Assembly (NCBI GenBank): GCA_964016885.1
Contig: OZ024742.1
Span: 64,232,001 to 64,296,000 of the forward strand
Reading direction: 5' to 3'
Source: Eledone cirrhosa
Lineage: Eukaryota
Length of the DNA stretch: 64,000 nt
Under the pieces are notes generated by a model that worked only from the letters and a program-made list of their open reading frames with translations, ran no database searches and was not told where the DNA came from. Positions 26,401 through 38,472 of this stretch are shown here, piece after piece. Made by a program: the position numbers and the translations under genes. Numbering within the stretch: position 1 is the first letter of the stretch; every line of letters begins with the position of its first letter.

Positions 26401-29400
26401 ATTTTCTAATTTAATAAGTTTTGTTTTCTATTTCATCCTCATTTAACATCCATCTTCCCTGCTAGGAATGATTGAAGCACTCTTCTCTAACAAAGTCAGT
26501 ACTCAAGTGGTGCTACTGACCCCACAGACAAGCCAGGCACCTACATTTCACATATGATCCCACATTCTACCAAGTGCATTTTATCATGACACCAGCACTT
26601 ATCAAAGGCTGGTTTTCATGGCTAGCAGACTGGTCTATCTAGGATAACATTAACATATGATATAATACCTACATAACAACAGTATATACACACCTGGCCA
26701 CTTCGTCTCTACAAGCAATATTTTTTAATTTGGAGTTTTAATGTTTTGTCAAGAAGGGAAACCCTCATAATTCTTATTTTTTCAGGGTCTCAGATATAGG
26801 TAGGAAACATGAAAGTAACTTGAAACCAGAGATATAGTCCAAATGATTGCAACAGAATGTACTCTATTAAAGACAACCAAGGACTATGTGGTGGTATTAA
26901 ACTGGGCAACAGTTTAAGTCTACTACCAAGAGGGACAACAACAGGATTAGGACTCAAAATACAAAGAACCAGTACTTTATTGATGCCAAAAGGGTGAAAG
27001 GCAAAAATAACCATCACAGGAATTGAACTCAGAACACAAGGAAATAGAATGAATACGATATAGCATTTTGTCTGATGCTCTGACAACTGCCAGTTTGAGT
27101 GAATGTAAAATCTGGCAATCTGTGTCATATCTAATCACTAGCATTGGTACAGAACACAATATTGCTGAGCTATTGAAGAAGAGAGACAAGATTTATAACA
27201 AAAACAAAGCACAACTAACTCATCAACTCACCTTCGAGAGCACTTGGTGCTTGATCTCCAGTTGACAAATGCTTCACATCTATGTAGATGTTTGTTAGGG
27301 CCTCACTCTCGTAGGCAAAGAACACAGGAATGCTGGTCTCTTCCAACAGAAGCTCTCTTTCAAGGCTGTACAGTCTCTGTTAATAACACCATCATGGATT
27401 ACAATCATTGCAGAAGCCTTACTAGATCAGTAGCAACTAACACTAGATCAATATCAATTAATACAAATTCATTAGCAATCAACAACAAATCAATATCAAT
27501 TAGCACGAAACATGCAATACTTAGTTCAGGTAACTATCAAGATATGGTGAATACCCCTTTCATTCACTTATTCTAATAAGACACTGCCTATGATTTTCAA
27601 ATAATTTTGAAAATAATCAAGAATTTGGGGAGATTTAGTAATATAAACTTTGTTATCAAGCTGGCATTTGGAGCATAAGGTTTCTTGCATCAAATTATGA
27701 CCAAAGGTTTTTAGATAAATATAAGCACTTTTAAACAAACAGCTTTGTATCACCGAATCAGAAGTTTCAGATAGTTTGGTATGGAAAGTGTTAAATGAAC
27801 ATTCTAATCGGAGTCAGAAATAGCTATCAGATCATGTGGGAGTGTAAACTCCAATATTTTCTACTCAGTAAAAATACTGGCTTTAGGTTGAATTGTTCCC
27901 ACTGACAAAATGCAGGTTGTACAGGGTGTGGGATTTGAACTCAGAACTGAAATAGATACCAGAAAGCATCTTGTCTGAAGTACTAACAATTGTTAATAAA
28001 ACACCCTTGGACTGGTACTTTACTTATTGATCCCAAAATGGTAAAAGGTAAAGTTGATCCCGCTAGGATTTGAACTCAGCACAAAGAGCTGGAGTACCAA
28101 AAAGCATTTAACCTGAAATTATAACACTGCCAGTTCATTGCCTACAATATATCAATGTCTTATTCAAAGAGAGATTTATCTCTCATCTTAAGGCCATGAA
28201 ATATTGTGTATTCAGTTTAAAATAGGTACACTACATCCCTGCAGGTTAAAAGAGCTTATATATATATATATATACAACAAATTTAATATATTAATGTATT
28301 GAGTACCTTACTGTGGTTGCCCCTGATTGAACCCAGGACTAATATATATATATATTCATTTATTATGGCTAAGTGGTGAGCCTTGTTACTCTGCAGTTTC
28401 ACTTGCACACTCACAGGATCATCACAAAAAATTCATTCTCACATCCATCAATAACACATGTATATGAGTTGGTCTTTCACGATACATCCAACCCTTGCTA
28501 GCAGGAAAAACAGACATTAAATAATGATGACGACAATGATGATGTTGTGTATCCAGTTTACAATAGGTACACTGTATCCCTGAATGTCATAAAGTGAGTA
28601 ATTATTATCTTTATCATCATCCTTTTTACATCCACTTTTCCAGGCCTACAAGGGTTGGGCAGCTTTTTCCAATACAGATTCCTGCCATTTGTTATGGCCT
28701 TTCATCATCTCCTCTGAGAGGTACAGTGTTTTGTGATTTGTTCTTACCACTTCTGCACAGGTTTTCCTTCTCTTCCTCTACTGCAACTTCCCTCCACTTG
28801 AAACTCCTTACAGTTCTTCATCCAATGATCATCATCTATACACATCATATGGCCATACAAACACAGTCTTGCACAATACATTTGATTTCTCTCCCAACCC
28901 ATCCAAACTTTATGTACATTAACATGATATATCCCTCAGAACATGTGCGTTTCATTTCTCCAGTGTATCCAGTTTAAAATAAGTAAACTGCATCCATGTG
29001 TCTTATAAGAGGTAACATATATATATATATACCTGGGATGAGGTGATAAAAACAGACCTTGCACAATTGCACCTCTCAAAGGCAATGACTCAGTATCAAG
29101 ATTTTTGGTGTTATGCAGTAATACAGAAGACCCGTCTTCCCATGTGCATGGGTTGAAACATACATTCTAGTATGCACCGCTTAACCCCTATCCTCCACCC
29201 ACGTCCTAACACCCCCACCTCCACCCACTCCCCACAGTAAAGTGGTCGTTTTGGTGCCAAAACAAAAAGCAACCAGCCCAGACTGTAAAGTGATCGATAC
29301 AGTGCCATGATAAAAAGTACCCAGTCCTCACTGTAAAGTGGTTGTGTAGGTGTCATGACAAAAAGCACCCAATCCCCACTGTAAATGTGGTTAGTGTTAG

Positions 29401-30613
29401 GAATGGCATCCAGCTGTAGAAACCAAGCCAGAAAAATTAGCTTGGAAAATAAATGTTAAATGATGATGATGTCATATATGCTGTGTCTATCCAGTTTTGA
29501 ATAAGTACACAGTATCCCTGTATGTCTTAAGAAGCAACTAAAGAGTTGGTGACAAGAAGGGTATCTGGCTGTAAAATATTGCTACAAAACAGACCTGTCA
29601 TGGGGCACACAAAGCCAAGCCCTGCTTTAGAAGGGAAAATGGCTTTAAATTGCCTGTTGTCAATGCTGTGAAAGCGGATATGTGTATGAACTCTGAAAAT
29701 CTCCTTGGGATTTATGACTGAATCACAACCAGATCAGAACTGGTTATAACTGGATCTTGATTGTTCCATAATAATTAGTATCAATTTATTATTTGTGCAC
29801 TAATTAATCCTGGATCACCCAAGTGTTTTTATTAAACCTTTTGTTATCAATCCACCTGAAACTGCCTTGGTTTAATGGTACAAACTTACTCATTTTAAAA
29901 TGGCTATACTTAATATTAACACTTCAGTCATATTTTCATTGAAGAAATGTTTTTTCAGTAATGTTCTAAACATCAGTTTACTAATGAAAAGGTTAATTAT
30001 TTTATTAAATTCCTCAAAATAATTGAAACCCTCAAGCAGTGTTATATTATCAGAAATACTGTGAGGAAAGAGTTAAGAAAATTACTAATACTTCACTGAC
30101 CTCTTTCTCCTCAACAGTAATGTTTCTGAAGTTGTCTGGTAGAAGGACTAACACAGCTCCTACGTTCTGGTTGACCAGTTTGCGGTAGCTGACCACAGTC
30201 AACTCCCGAAGTCGTACTATGATGCAACGACGAGTCAACATCTTAGCATCAACAGACCTTGCTTCCATATTGACAAATGAGCTCCGACATCCTGCAAAAG
30301 AAAAAAAAAATACTCACTTTACTCAGCAAGAGAGTGAGAGTGAGTGTGTGGTGTGTGGTGTGTGGTGTGTGGTGTGTGTGTGTGTGTGTTTATACATACA
30401 CACACACACTGCAGTAGCTACAACACTATCACAGCTTAAAACACCCATAGCAAAACATGTTTATTATATATAAACAGATCATATATACCTTCATATACAT
30501 CTCAATTATGAATATCACTATGTTAGTGCTACTATTCACACACACACACACACACATCATCACCATAGTTTAACATCCAATTTCCCACCGCGCGCGCGTG
30601 CGTGCGTGCGTGC

Positions 30614-30651
<38 letters not shown>

Positions 30652-33600
30652 GGTAAACAGAAACAACACAAACGGTATTAGAAAGAGCATCCAGTCATAG
30701 GATTCTATCTGAAGTCTTGTTCAATCCTTGCTAGCACAGAAAAATGAATGAAAAATTAATGATGATGATATGTGTGTGATTTAATTATATTTTTACTATT
30801 TGTTGCATTGGATTATTTATCATCATCATCATCATCATCATTTTACGTCCGCTTTTCCCTGTCATGTATATACATATATCATGCCTACCCATGCGCATGG
30901 ATTCAAATATACATCTAGTGGGCACCTCTTAACCACTATACCCCCTTCCATACACCTCCCACGCCCCAACACCCACTTCTGTCCACACCACAATTACACT
31001 GTAAATTTATGTTGGTATCACAACAAAAAAGCATCCAGCCCACACTGTAAAGTGGTCATGTTGGTATCATGAAAAAAAAGCACCCAGCCCACACTGTAAA
31101 GGAAGAGCACCCAGCCGTTGAAACCTAGCGAGAAACAGTTCTATATGAGCAAGACATGGTCACCTGACCCGACTTGTCTTTAATGGGATAACCAGTCTAA
31201 CCCATGCTAGAGTGGAAAATGGACATTAAATGATGATGATGATGATATATAGTATTAAAAAGGTCGAAGGCCATAATCAGTTGATTTAGGTTTATTTATA
31301 ACTTTTGCTGAGGGCTACCAACAATACTGATAGCCAAAGCTCTTTAGACAGCATAAAAACCTTTAAATAAATTGAAAATATTAAAAAACTTCCTCGAAAA
31401 TGCTTTTTTCTTTTCATGATACAGGGGACAGCAGACTGTTGATGTTTCTTTGCTGGCCTGCTCCTAATTGTGTGTGTGTATATATATATATATATATAAT
31501 CAAGCAATAATATACATATGTAAGAGTAAAAGTAATACTATCACCATTTCTTTTACATGTGTGTGTGCATAGAGGTAGAGGAATGTTTTATTTATAGATC
31601 ATATGTGGTGGGTACCACAGTAACACCACCACCACCACAGTCCCTGCATCAATAGGCATGTGTTTAGCAGTCACAAAACCACCCTTGAGAAATTATTTAG
31701 CCTAGGCGTTATTTGCATATAGGGGTCCCTAAATGGAGGGTGAAATAGAGAGGGAAAGGAAGACTAGTAAAATAGAAAGGAAAAGACATGTGAAATAGAG
31801 AGAGGGAGAAGATGTGACAGAGACAAAAAATAGTGAAATAGAGAAAGAGAGCGACCTGTGTAGGTTTAACTGGCCTCCAATGAGGTTGTATCTAATAAAA
31901 GGTTTCTTGGGTGTCCCAGTCCTATAATTTTGTTACCGCTCACACCTATATAGGTTTAGCTGGCCTCCTACAAGGTATCTTATAGGAGGCTTCTTGGATG
32001 TTTAATCCTTTAGCATTTACATTACTCTATATATATACTATTATATTTCTACTGTAAATGCTTTACCTCACATAATATCAAATCTATGAGATTTTGATAT
32101 TATTTATTTTGAGAACAATACCTTAACATCAGTATGAGTAGCAAGTTACAGCTAGTTTGAACAGAAAGAGGTGAGAGAATTCTGGCCGGATATGACCAGT
32201 TTAAATGCTAAAAGGTTAAATGATAGGGGGCTCCAATTCTATCATGAAAAGTAGTGTGTGGATTTGAACTCTAACCCCATGAACCCATATCTGATTGACT
32301 CAGCCATCTTACCCTATCCTTGTTCTTGTTATTTAGCTCCCTATCAGCCTCACAATCACAGATATGCTAGCCATAAAAATTCCATCTTTGTGTATATCTA
32401 TGACTACATTAACCAATGTCCTTCTTTTTTAAGGTGGTGGCACATGATTTGGCTGTTATTTCTAGTAGGTCAAGTTACTATGTACAGGTTCCCATTACTA
32501 TTCATGTATTTCAGTATGCATTAAAGATAGGGGCAAGGCAGGGAGAATCCCTGTATTATCTCAAACTTAATCAACTAGTTGACCTTTCATGATAAGCAAT
32601 ATTTATTAATGGAGGATCACATATAAGGAGGAGATATAGTGTGGTGTAGGTTCGTTGTAGCATAGTGGTGGTGATAATGGTGTAGTGTCGTGATTATGGT
32701 CCATGGATAGTTATGTGTATATTGTAGTAACTTCCCAATCTGATCAGTCATTCTCAGTGCTGTTTTTTCATTATAAATAGATAACATATCTTAGATTCAG
32801 ACCACTTAATGTGAAACTCCTCAAATTCCACTGATTATATGAAGGAGATGACACAGGACTGGGTTGTATTATGATATATCACTAGTCAAAAGACCCGTAC
32901 AAACACTACTACACTAAAAGTAATTGTGGTGAGAGATCAGAGGCTAGAGAATTTGGAAATTGAACAGAGTCATGTAGAGTTTGAGAGGACTCTTCAGGCT
33001 GGTTGAGCAAGTGATAATCTCTCTGGTGCTATGATAAAATGTACTCGGTACACTCTGTAAACTTAACATTAGTTCCATGAAAAATTTACCCAGTTCACCT
33101 AGTAAGATGGTTGGTATTTGAAATGGCATCCAGTCATAGAAACCATGCCAAATATGTTCCATAACGAACAAGATAAGTTGCTCCAGCCCATCTGGTTGAA
33201 GATCGTAACAACCCACCCCACCCATGCCAGCATGAAAGTGGACATTAAATGATGATGTCAGCTAATACATTGATTATACATTTATTTCAAATATTTATAT
33301 TTAAGATAGGATATACTTCTGGGTTTGACCGTTTCAAATGTTTATATGTAAGATATGATATAATACACAAGTAGGCCATTGAAGTGTTTTCTGTGGGCCT
33401 CAGACCTTTGCAAATATTTATATGTAAGATGATATCATATACACGTGAGTTGAGAACAATACTAAGAACCTGAAAAGTGAGATATTACAAAAAGAGGTTG
33501 CTGATCCCTTTTGTAGAACAATTAATAGGTTGATATTTTCAGGTGAACAACAGATGCCAACCAATATACCAGCTATGAAATATGATAAGCCAACCAACAT

Positions 33601-36600
33601 ACTAGCTATGAAGTAAAACTATACATGTTGACATAGAGACCATCTCAGTTAACTCAACACCCAATACCACATTAGCAAGCCATTCATGAAAAGAAGAAAC
33701 AGCACAATAATTGCATAGCATTAAAGTCTTTAGTTTACTGCAAATTTTCACAACAATCTGTCCACTAGTAAAGATACTGTAAACACTTGAATTAACTTGT
33801 TTTTAGACATTTTCCACTAAATCTTTACAGGATGTTAAGAATTAATAAACATTGCAAGTTAGGCTGGTAGTAATTAGACCCCTTAGTGTCAGGCAGGTAA
33901 GCTGTTTTTTTTTTGTTTTTTTATATAATCAATAAATAGAAGCTACTAAGGTGAAGGATAAGCATGTTTAGGTAGATTAAGTCAATAGAGAGCTAATCAG
34001 CTTAAATTTAATCTTCCCTACATTAAACTTACACTTGACACAAGTTGATAAAAATCACACACACTCCAATTAAATATTGACTTGGTCTCTAACAGCCCAT
34101 CCAACATGGAAAAAGTGGGTGTAAAATGATGATACACACATACACATATAAGAAAAGTCATCAAGGAAAAAACAAGAATACAATTTCTAAATAAGTCCCT
34201 ACCTTGACATGCCAGAAATAGGAGCCAAATCTCACCCTATCTTGACATACTAGAAACAGCAGCCAAATCCCTCCCTCAAATCACACCCTACTGGAGCAAA
34301 AACAATTTTTATTTTTTGTTTTGGTCTGGGGGAAGTGACAGTGCCCCATGGTTTTCACATGTCCTCAAATAGATAATTGTTTCTACTTTTGGCACAAGGC
34401 CAGCAATTACCCCAGTGCATTACTGGTACTTTATTTTATCGACCCCTTAAGAATGAAAGGCAAAGTTTACCTCGGTGGGATTTGAACTCAGACCATAAAT
34501 GGCCGCAACTATATGCTGCAAAGCATAGCGTCCGACCCTCTACCGATACTGCCAATCCCCTCAAATAGATAATATTGATGTGTTTGATGTTGCAAATAAT
34601 GTACTATGGTGAAGATATGTGGCCTAGTGATTAGGGTGTTAGACTCATGATAAAAATCATGGGTTTGATTCCTGGACCAGGTAGCATGTGTTCTTAAGCA
34701 AGATACATTCTGTTGCTTTTTATGATAGAACACAGCCCTCTATCATTTAAATGCCTAAGAACCTTTCTATGAGAAGTCAGCAAAACATACATAGGTGTGA
34801 GCTGTAACCATATATGTGTGTGCATGGTAGAACTGGGTTCCTATCATTAAAACATCCAAGAAACCTCCTATGAGAAGTCGCCTTGTGAGGGGGCCAACCA
34901 AACCTACATAGGTGTGTGAGCTGTATATTTCTTTTTTTTTTTTCATTTCGGATATATCATGATCAAGTATAAGATAAGAGTGTCATGTCTGGAACACATT
35001 CAGTTTACAGGTTTGCTTGATTAAGGCTGACCTGAGGCTAAAGAACAAGCCAAACATTACCAAGTCAAAATCAATCAAGCTTACCTATGACCACAAAGGC
35101 ATTCCAGTTATCACCATCTCGTCTTTTTTTAAAGTGTATGAATTGTTTTATCCAATTCCAATGTGCCCTTCGTTAAACAACAAAGTATGATGAGAGAGGT
35201 TTGGCTGTTATGTCTAGTAGGCCGAGTTAGCACGTTGCCAGCATAAAATCTCTCTCGTGGCCAGTAGTAGTGGAATGGTGCTTTATTTCTCCTCATCTTT
35301 TGACTGACAGAAACTAAAAGAAAAATCAATAGACCTCACCCCCTACCCCAACCAATACTGAAGTAATCGATGATGTTGGCCCAGCAGATAGTAACATGAA
35401 AACAAGAGAAGTGGTTGATGAAGTAATGTTTGTGATATATAAATATAATTGTTTTGAGGAATGTTTCACTTTTAGGTCTATGAAATGATACTGGATAAAA
35501 AGTGCAAATCTTAAGCAAGATTCTTTCTTGAGACTCATATCCGACTGCCTCGTTAAACTAATTTATTGGTGGGCGGCAATTGAGTGAAAACAATGTTTTG
35601 GGGGTGCAAGTTATTAGCAGTAAAAAAAATTGTTTTAATTAAAAATAAATCATTCGGGAAAAGAAAATTCAGTTTGATTTTTTTTTTTTTTTTTTTATGT
35701 TCAAAGGATGTACAACTAAAAGGCTTTCAGTTATTTCCTTCAGTTTCTCTTACATATTATTATCTGCATTTTATCAAGAATTTATTTAAATAAAAATGTA
35801 AATCTATGTCGGCTAGACAAACAGAGACCAACGTGAAATTGCTAAATACAGGGAAGCCAGAGAACGACATTATTAACATATTTGCCTTTCATCCTTACGG
35901 GGTCGATAAAATAAAGTATCAGTAATGCACTGAGATAATTGCTGGCCTTGTGCAAAAAAGTAGAAAAAAATTAATAACATATTTGGTTCATAACAAAATA
36001 ACTGATAATTGAATTTACCACATGTATATGCACCTGTTTATGTGCATCTTCTAATTTTAATCATTCGGAGATACAGCAGGTGCGTGGTTCGATTCCAACA
36101 AATGGTACCGTCATATTAAACCTGTGCCCATTTTATCATAAAATTCTTAGTGTTATTATAGAAATATATATTCTTAGTGTTATTATAGAAATATATATAT
36201 ATATTTCCGTGGGAAATATATATATATATTTTCTCTTAGTGTGATATCGATTAAACCTACCTTCTAATATGCTGCAAAAGACTTTTTCGCCAGAAAAGAG
36301 AGTGGGGAGACTTAAGTTTTCTTTATCATTTCTATTTCTTTCGGTTTTTTCGTGTGTTACTAACTAATCTTACCTCGGAACATGCTGCAAAGGACCAAAG
36401 GACTTTTCTCTCCGGAAAACGAAGGGAGGAGAAGGGGAAACCTCGGATTAATCACCCCTTTCTCTCGTAATTAGGACTACAGGAGTAAAGAAAAATGCCG
36501 GGGCGGAAAAGGTTCGGACCCGAAGGCCCTCCATTCAATCTCCGTTTTCTGAGAGGGGGGGGGGGGGGTCCTTTGCAATATATTAGAAGGCAAGTGTAAT

Positions 36601-37528
36601 TGACAGAACACGAAAACCCGAAGAAAATAAAGTTTTTCCCACAGATATCTGTGAGGATGTCTTTCTATAAATTTACCAAATTCTTAACCGTTATATTGTG
36701 TGCGTGTGTTAAATATAGTATTGAAATAAACTTAAGGAAAACCAACAAACGTGTTTAAATATTCCAATAGCTGCTTTTAGAGTAAAAATATATACACAAG
36801 CGTGTCACTAACTCAACCGGCTAGATGTAACAAACCTGACTAGTGTATGTGTGTGTGCGTGTATGGTTAGTTTAATATTAATTTTATTATAACAGGTTAA
36901 TTGCATTTTTGTGTGGTGTTTTGGCTAGTTTAGGCTTGTATTTAGTTGCATCATAGCTCTGATACTGGTTGAACAAAGGTCCTGTTGAAAGGTCTGGTAG
37001 CAAACCTGACTAGTGTATGTGTGCATATATATATATACGTGTGTGTGGTTAGTTTAATATTAATTTTATTATAACAGGTTAATTGTATTTTTGTGTGGTG
37101 TTTTGGCTAGTTTAAGCTTGTATTTAGTTGCATCATGGCAAGAACAAAGGTCCTGTTGAAAGATCTGGTATGAAGGGCTTTTCTATTAGTGTATTTTGGG
37201 CTAGTTTAGGCTTATTGGATTTTTTTTGTTGGGTATGGTTGTGCAAGGGGATATTTTATACACATAGTATTCAAACAGCGTCACTGAAAGAGGACCATTA
37301 AGGTTAATAAAGTATTGATTTATTTAACCAAGCAAAAAGACTAATTATTTTGTTGGGTAGAGAAGATAAAGTACACGGCGTGAGAAACAAGAATGGACCT
37401 ACAAAACCCCAATTCAAAATGTTTGTACTGTATAGCTGTGAAGTAGCGATTTAAATACGAGTATATGCACGCTATACACAAACATATATATACCTCATTG
37501 CTGGCAAATAGTTATATTTTTATACTTG

Positions 37529-37591
<63 letters not shown>

Positions 37592-37814
37592 TATACTGTG
37601 GGGTGGTTATAGTCTATAATTATTGGGAATATGACCATCCCAAAATATAATACTGGTTCAACATACAATTTCACATCAAGAATCTTGCAAAACATACAAA
37701 AACAATGCGTGTGTGTGTATACATATATATATATATATATACACACGTGTACATGCATTGGTGTAAAGAATCGTAGGTGTATATGAAATCATAATATAGA
37801 AGAATGTATGTATG

Positions 37815-37858
<44 letters not shown>

Positions 37859-37859
37859 C

Positions 37860-37912
<53 letters not shown>

Positions 37913-37917
37913 TATAC

Positions 37918-37964
<47 letters not shown>

Positions 37965-38472
37965 TTGTTGCTAACGAACATGTTTTCACATTAAATAAAT
38001 GGTTATATGTATTCACACGTACACATGTACGTGTGTGTGTGTGCATTGCAATGAAGGATCGTAGATGTAAATATAAGATATGTATGTTTGTGTGTGTTGT
38101 TGCTACTGCTAATGGAGATGCGTTAAAATATAAAACACTAGAGATATATGTGTTGTGTGCCGCTCCTTGTTTAGAGAGCAACAGAGGCTGGGGCGGAGAA
38201 GCCATAACAAAATACTGGCAGAAAAGAGATGACTATTACCAATGCTGCTTCATTCGTGTGTATGTTTGATAGATAAAAGGAAATAGGGCAATGGTGTTAC
38301 CGTATGCAGTGCCGTGTAAATCATATTGGTGCATCCTGTAGACAGCAAATTCGTGTGCCGCCCTCGCTGGAATCACAGGAGACATGAGAATCAAGAGAGG
38401 CACAAAACATATAAAAGTCATCGGAAAATTGTTCCGAAACATTTCAAAAACTTCCCCCGCTTCGTCAAACAT
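7897..38472 (-). CDS. NCLN: Nicalin (nicastrin-like ER membrane protein, M28-like fold), complete spliced CDS of 14 coding exons, 559 aa
   Basis: Join (minus): 38472-38301, 30291-30101, 27376-27232, 26272-26178, 25310-25227, 22817-22714, 21746-21658, 20899-20775, 19089-18899, 18650-18533, 16783-16620, 15529-15476, 10127-10049, 7965-7897 = 1680 nt with compatible phases. Motifs [59 protein letters not shown] and VKPAIFDL match nicalin as I recall it. Confidence 0.96.
8135..8735 (+). mobile_element. Head-to-tail cluster of tRNA-derived SINEs (two full, two partial)
   Basis: tggattggcag...gagttcaaatcc (B box)...ctttgcctttcatcctta...gtcgataaaataaagtacc...ggccttgtgccaaaagtagaaa(tta)n. Confidence 0.85.
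9405..9646 (+). mobile_element. Second SINE family with RTE-like 3' end and (GAT)n tail
   Basis: aggaagggcatcca.ctgtagaaaacc...aacccatgc.agcgtggaa..ggacgttaaacg(atg)n; many copies in the window. Confidence 0.75.
10049..10127 (-). CDS. NCLN: Nicalin exon 13 (C-terminal transmembrane helix)
   Basis: [26 protein letters not shown]; donor GTAAGT. Confidence 0.94.
10190..11430 (-). mobile_element. LTR-retrotransposon fragment: putative 5' LTR (about 10990-11430), multiplied PBS and leader
   Basis: Minus strand begins with TG, has TATAAA at 11316-11311, then TGGTGACCCGACGT complementary to the tRNA-Trp 3' end; CpG-rich relative to the flanks. Confidence 0.65.
10842..10985. repeat. 35-bp tandem repeat (three copies plus one degenerate), each carrying a PBS-like motif
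   Basis: gttggtgtttctgtacgtcgggtcaccattttagt at 10881, 10916 and 10951. Confidence 0.9.
11770..11955 (+). mobile_element. tRNA-derived SINE
   Basis: Same family as the copy at 8135. Confidence 0.85.
12273..13480 (+). mobile_element. Putative 3' end of a Penelope-like element with an internal TA/TG microsatellite and a terminal hammerhead motif
   Basis: Flanked by (TA)n; short [11 protein letters not shown] reading at the 5' edge; hammerhead motif plus AATAAA at the 3' edge. Confidence 0.5.
13326..13440 (+). ncRNA. Type I hammerhead ribozyme motif with palindromic stem III and a long stem II insert
   Basis: TATT-CTGATGA-(88 nt)-GAAA-CACGTG-TC-AATA. Confidence 0.6.
13896..14330. repeat. Perfect 208-bp inverted repeat with a 19-nt spacer
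   Basis: 13896-14103 is the reverse complement of 14123-14330. Confidence 0.97.
14222..14287 (+). ncRNA. Type I hammerhead ribozyme motif (mirror copy at 13939-14004 on the minus strand)
   Basis: TATTTTGT-CTGAGGA-stem II (CATATT/AATATG core)-GAAA-TATATA-TA-ATGAAATA. Confidence 0.6.
14770..15240 (+). mobile_element. Non-autonomous Helitron-like element
   Basis: 5' A|TCTAAACTATAATAAA; 3' hairpin CTAGCAGAAAACC...GGTTTTTCTGCTAG ending in CTAG|T; no terminal inverted repeats or target-site duplication. Confidence 0.6.
15476..15529 (-). CDS. NCLN: Nicalin exon 12
   Basis: [17 protein letters not shown]; donor GTAAGT. Confidence 0.93.
16620..16783 (-). CDS. NCLN: Nicalin exon 11
   Basis: [55 protein letters not shown]. 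Confidence 0.94.
17586..17632 (+). ncRNA. Type I hammerhead ribozyme motif
   Basis: TTAT-CTGATGA-CCTTGTG AGAA CACAGGA-GAAA-CTC CA GAG-TA-ATAA; a decayed inverted copy lies at about 17530-17572. Confidence 0.7.
18255..18445 (-). mobile_element. tRNA-derived SINE
   Basis: Reverse complement of the 8135/11770 family. Confidence 0.85.
18533..18650 (-). CDS. NCLN: Nicalin exon 10
   Basis: [39 protein letters not shown]. Confidence 0.94.
18899..19089 (-). CDS. NCLN: Nicalin exon 9 (followed by a GC donor)
   Basis: [64 protein letters not shown]; the frame requires AG|GCAAGT. Confidence 0.93.
20775..20899 (-). CDS. NCLN: Nicalin exon 8
   Basis: [42 protein letters not shown]. Confidence 0.95.
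20938..21137. other. Assembly gap (200 N) in nicalin intron 7
   Basis: N run; exons 7 and 8 join in frame across it. Confidence 0.99.
21381..21596. mobile_element. TTAA-flanked piggyBac-like MITE
   Basis: TTAA-CCCTTTAACATTTA ... TAAATGCTAAAGGG-TTAA; related copies at 32002-32219 and 40133-40509. Confidence 0.7.
21658..21746 (-). CDS. NCLN: Nicalin exon 7
   Basis: [29 protein letters not shown]; donor GTAAGT. Confidence 0.95.
22714..22817 (-). CDS. NCLN: Nicalin exon 6
   Basis: [35 protein letters not shown]. Confidence 0.95.
22980..23435. repeat. AT-rich compound minisatellite (14- and 16-bp units)
   Basis: Alternating catgtaataattaa and catgtaatactaaagt. Confidence 0.85.
23470..23760 (+). 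mobile_element. Decayed RTE-clade LINE 3' fragment
   Basis: ELKEKLSI...[12 protein letters not shown]-like reading. Confidence 0.6.
25227..25310 (-). CDS. NCLN: Nicalin exon 5
   Basis: [28 protein letters not shown]; donor GTAAGT. Confidence 0.95.
25336..25892. repeat. 20-bp minisatellite (more than 20 copies) next to nicalin exon 5
   Basis: Unit gaggagatatcccatacata and variants. Confidence 0.95.
26178..26272 (-). CDS. NCLN: Nicalin exon 4
   Basis: [32 protein letters not shown]; acceptor ttttccag, donor GTATGG. Confidence 0.95.
27232..27376 (-). CDS. NCLN: Nicalin exon 3
   Basis: [48 protein letters not shown]; AG acceptor, GTGAGT donor. Confidence 0.93.
30101..30291 (-). CDS. NCLN: Nicalin exon 2
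   Basis: Acceptor ttttgcag; [28 protein letters not shown]...GAVLVLLP...EEKE; donor GTCAGT. Confidence 0.95.
32002..32219. mobile_element. TTAA-flanked MITE
   Basis: ttaatcctttagcattta...taaatgctaaaaggttaa. Confidence 0.7.
34372..34558 (-). mobile_element. tRNA-derived SINE
   Basis: Same family, reverse orientation. Confidence 0.85.
36831..37170. repeat. Direct tandem duplication of about 170 bp
   Basis: caaacctgactagtgtatgtgtg...ggtcctgttgaaag.tctggta occurs twice. Confidence 0.85.
38301..38472 (-). CDS. NCLN: Nicalin coding exon 1 (start codon, signal peptide)
   Basis: [57 protein letters not shown]; donor G|GTAACA. Confidence 0.95.
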
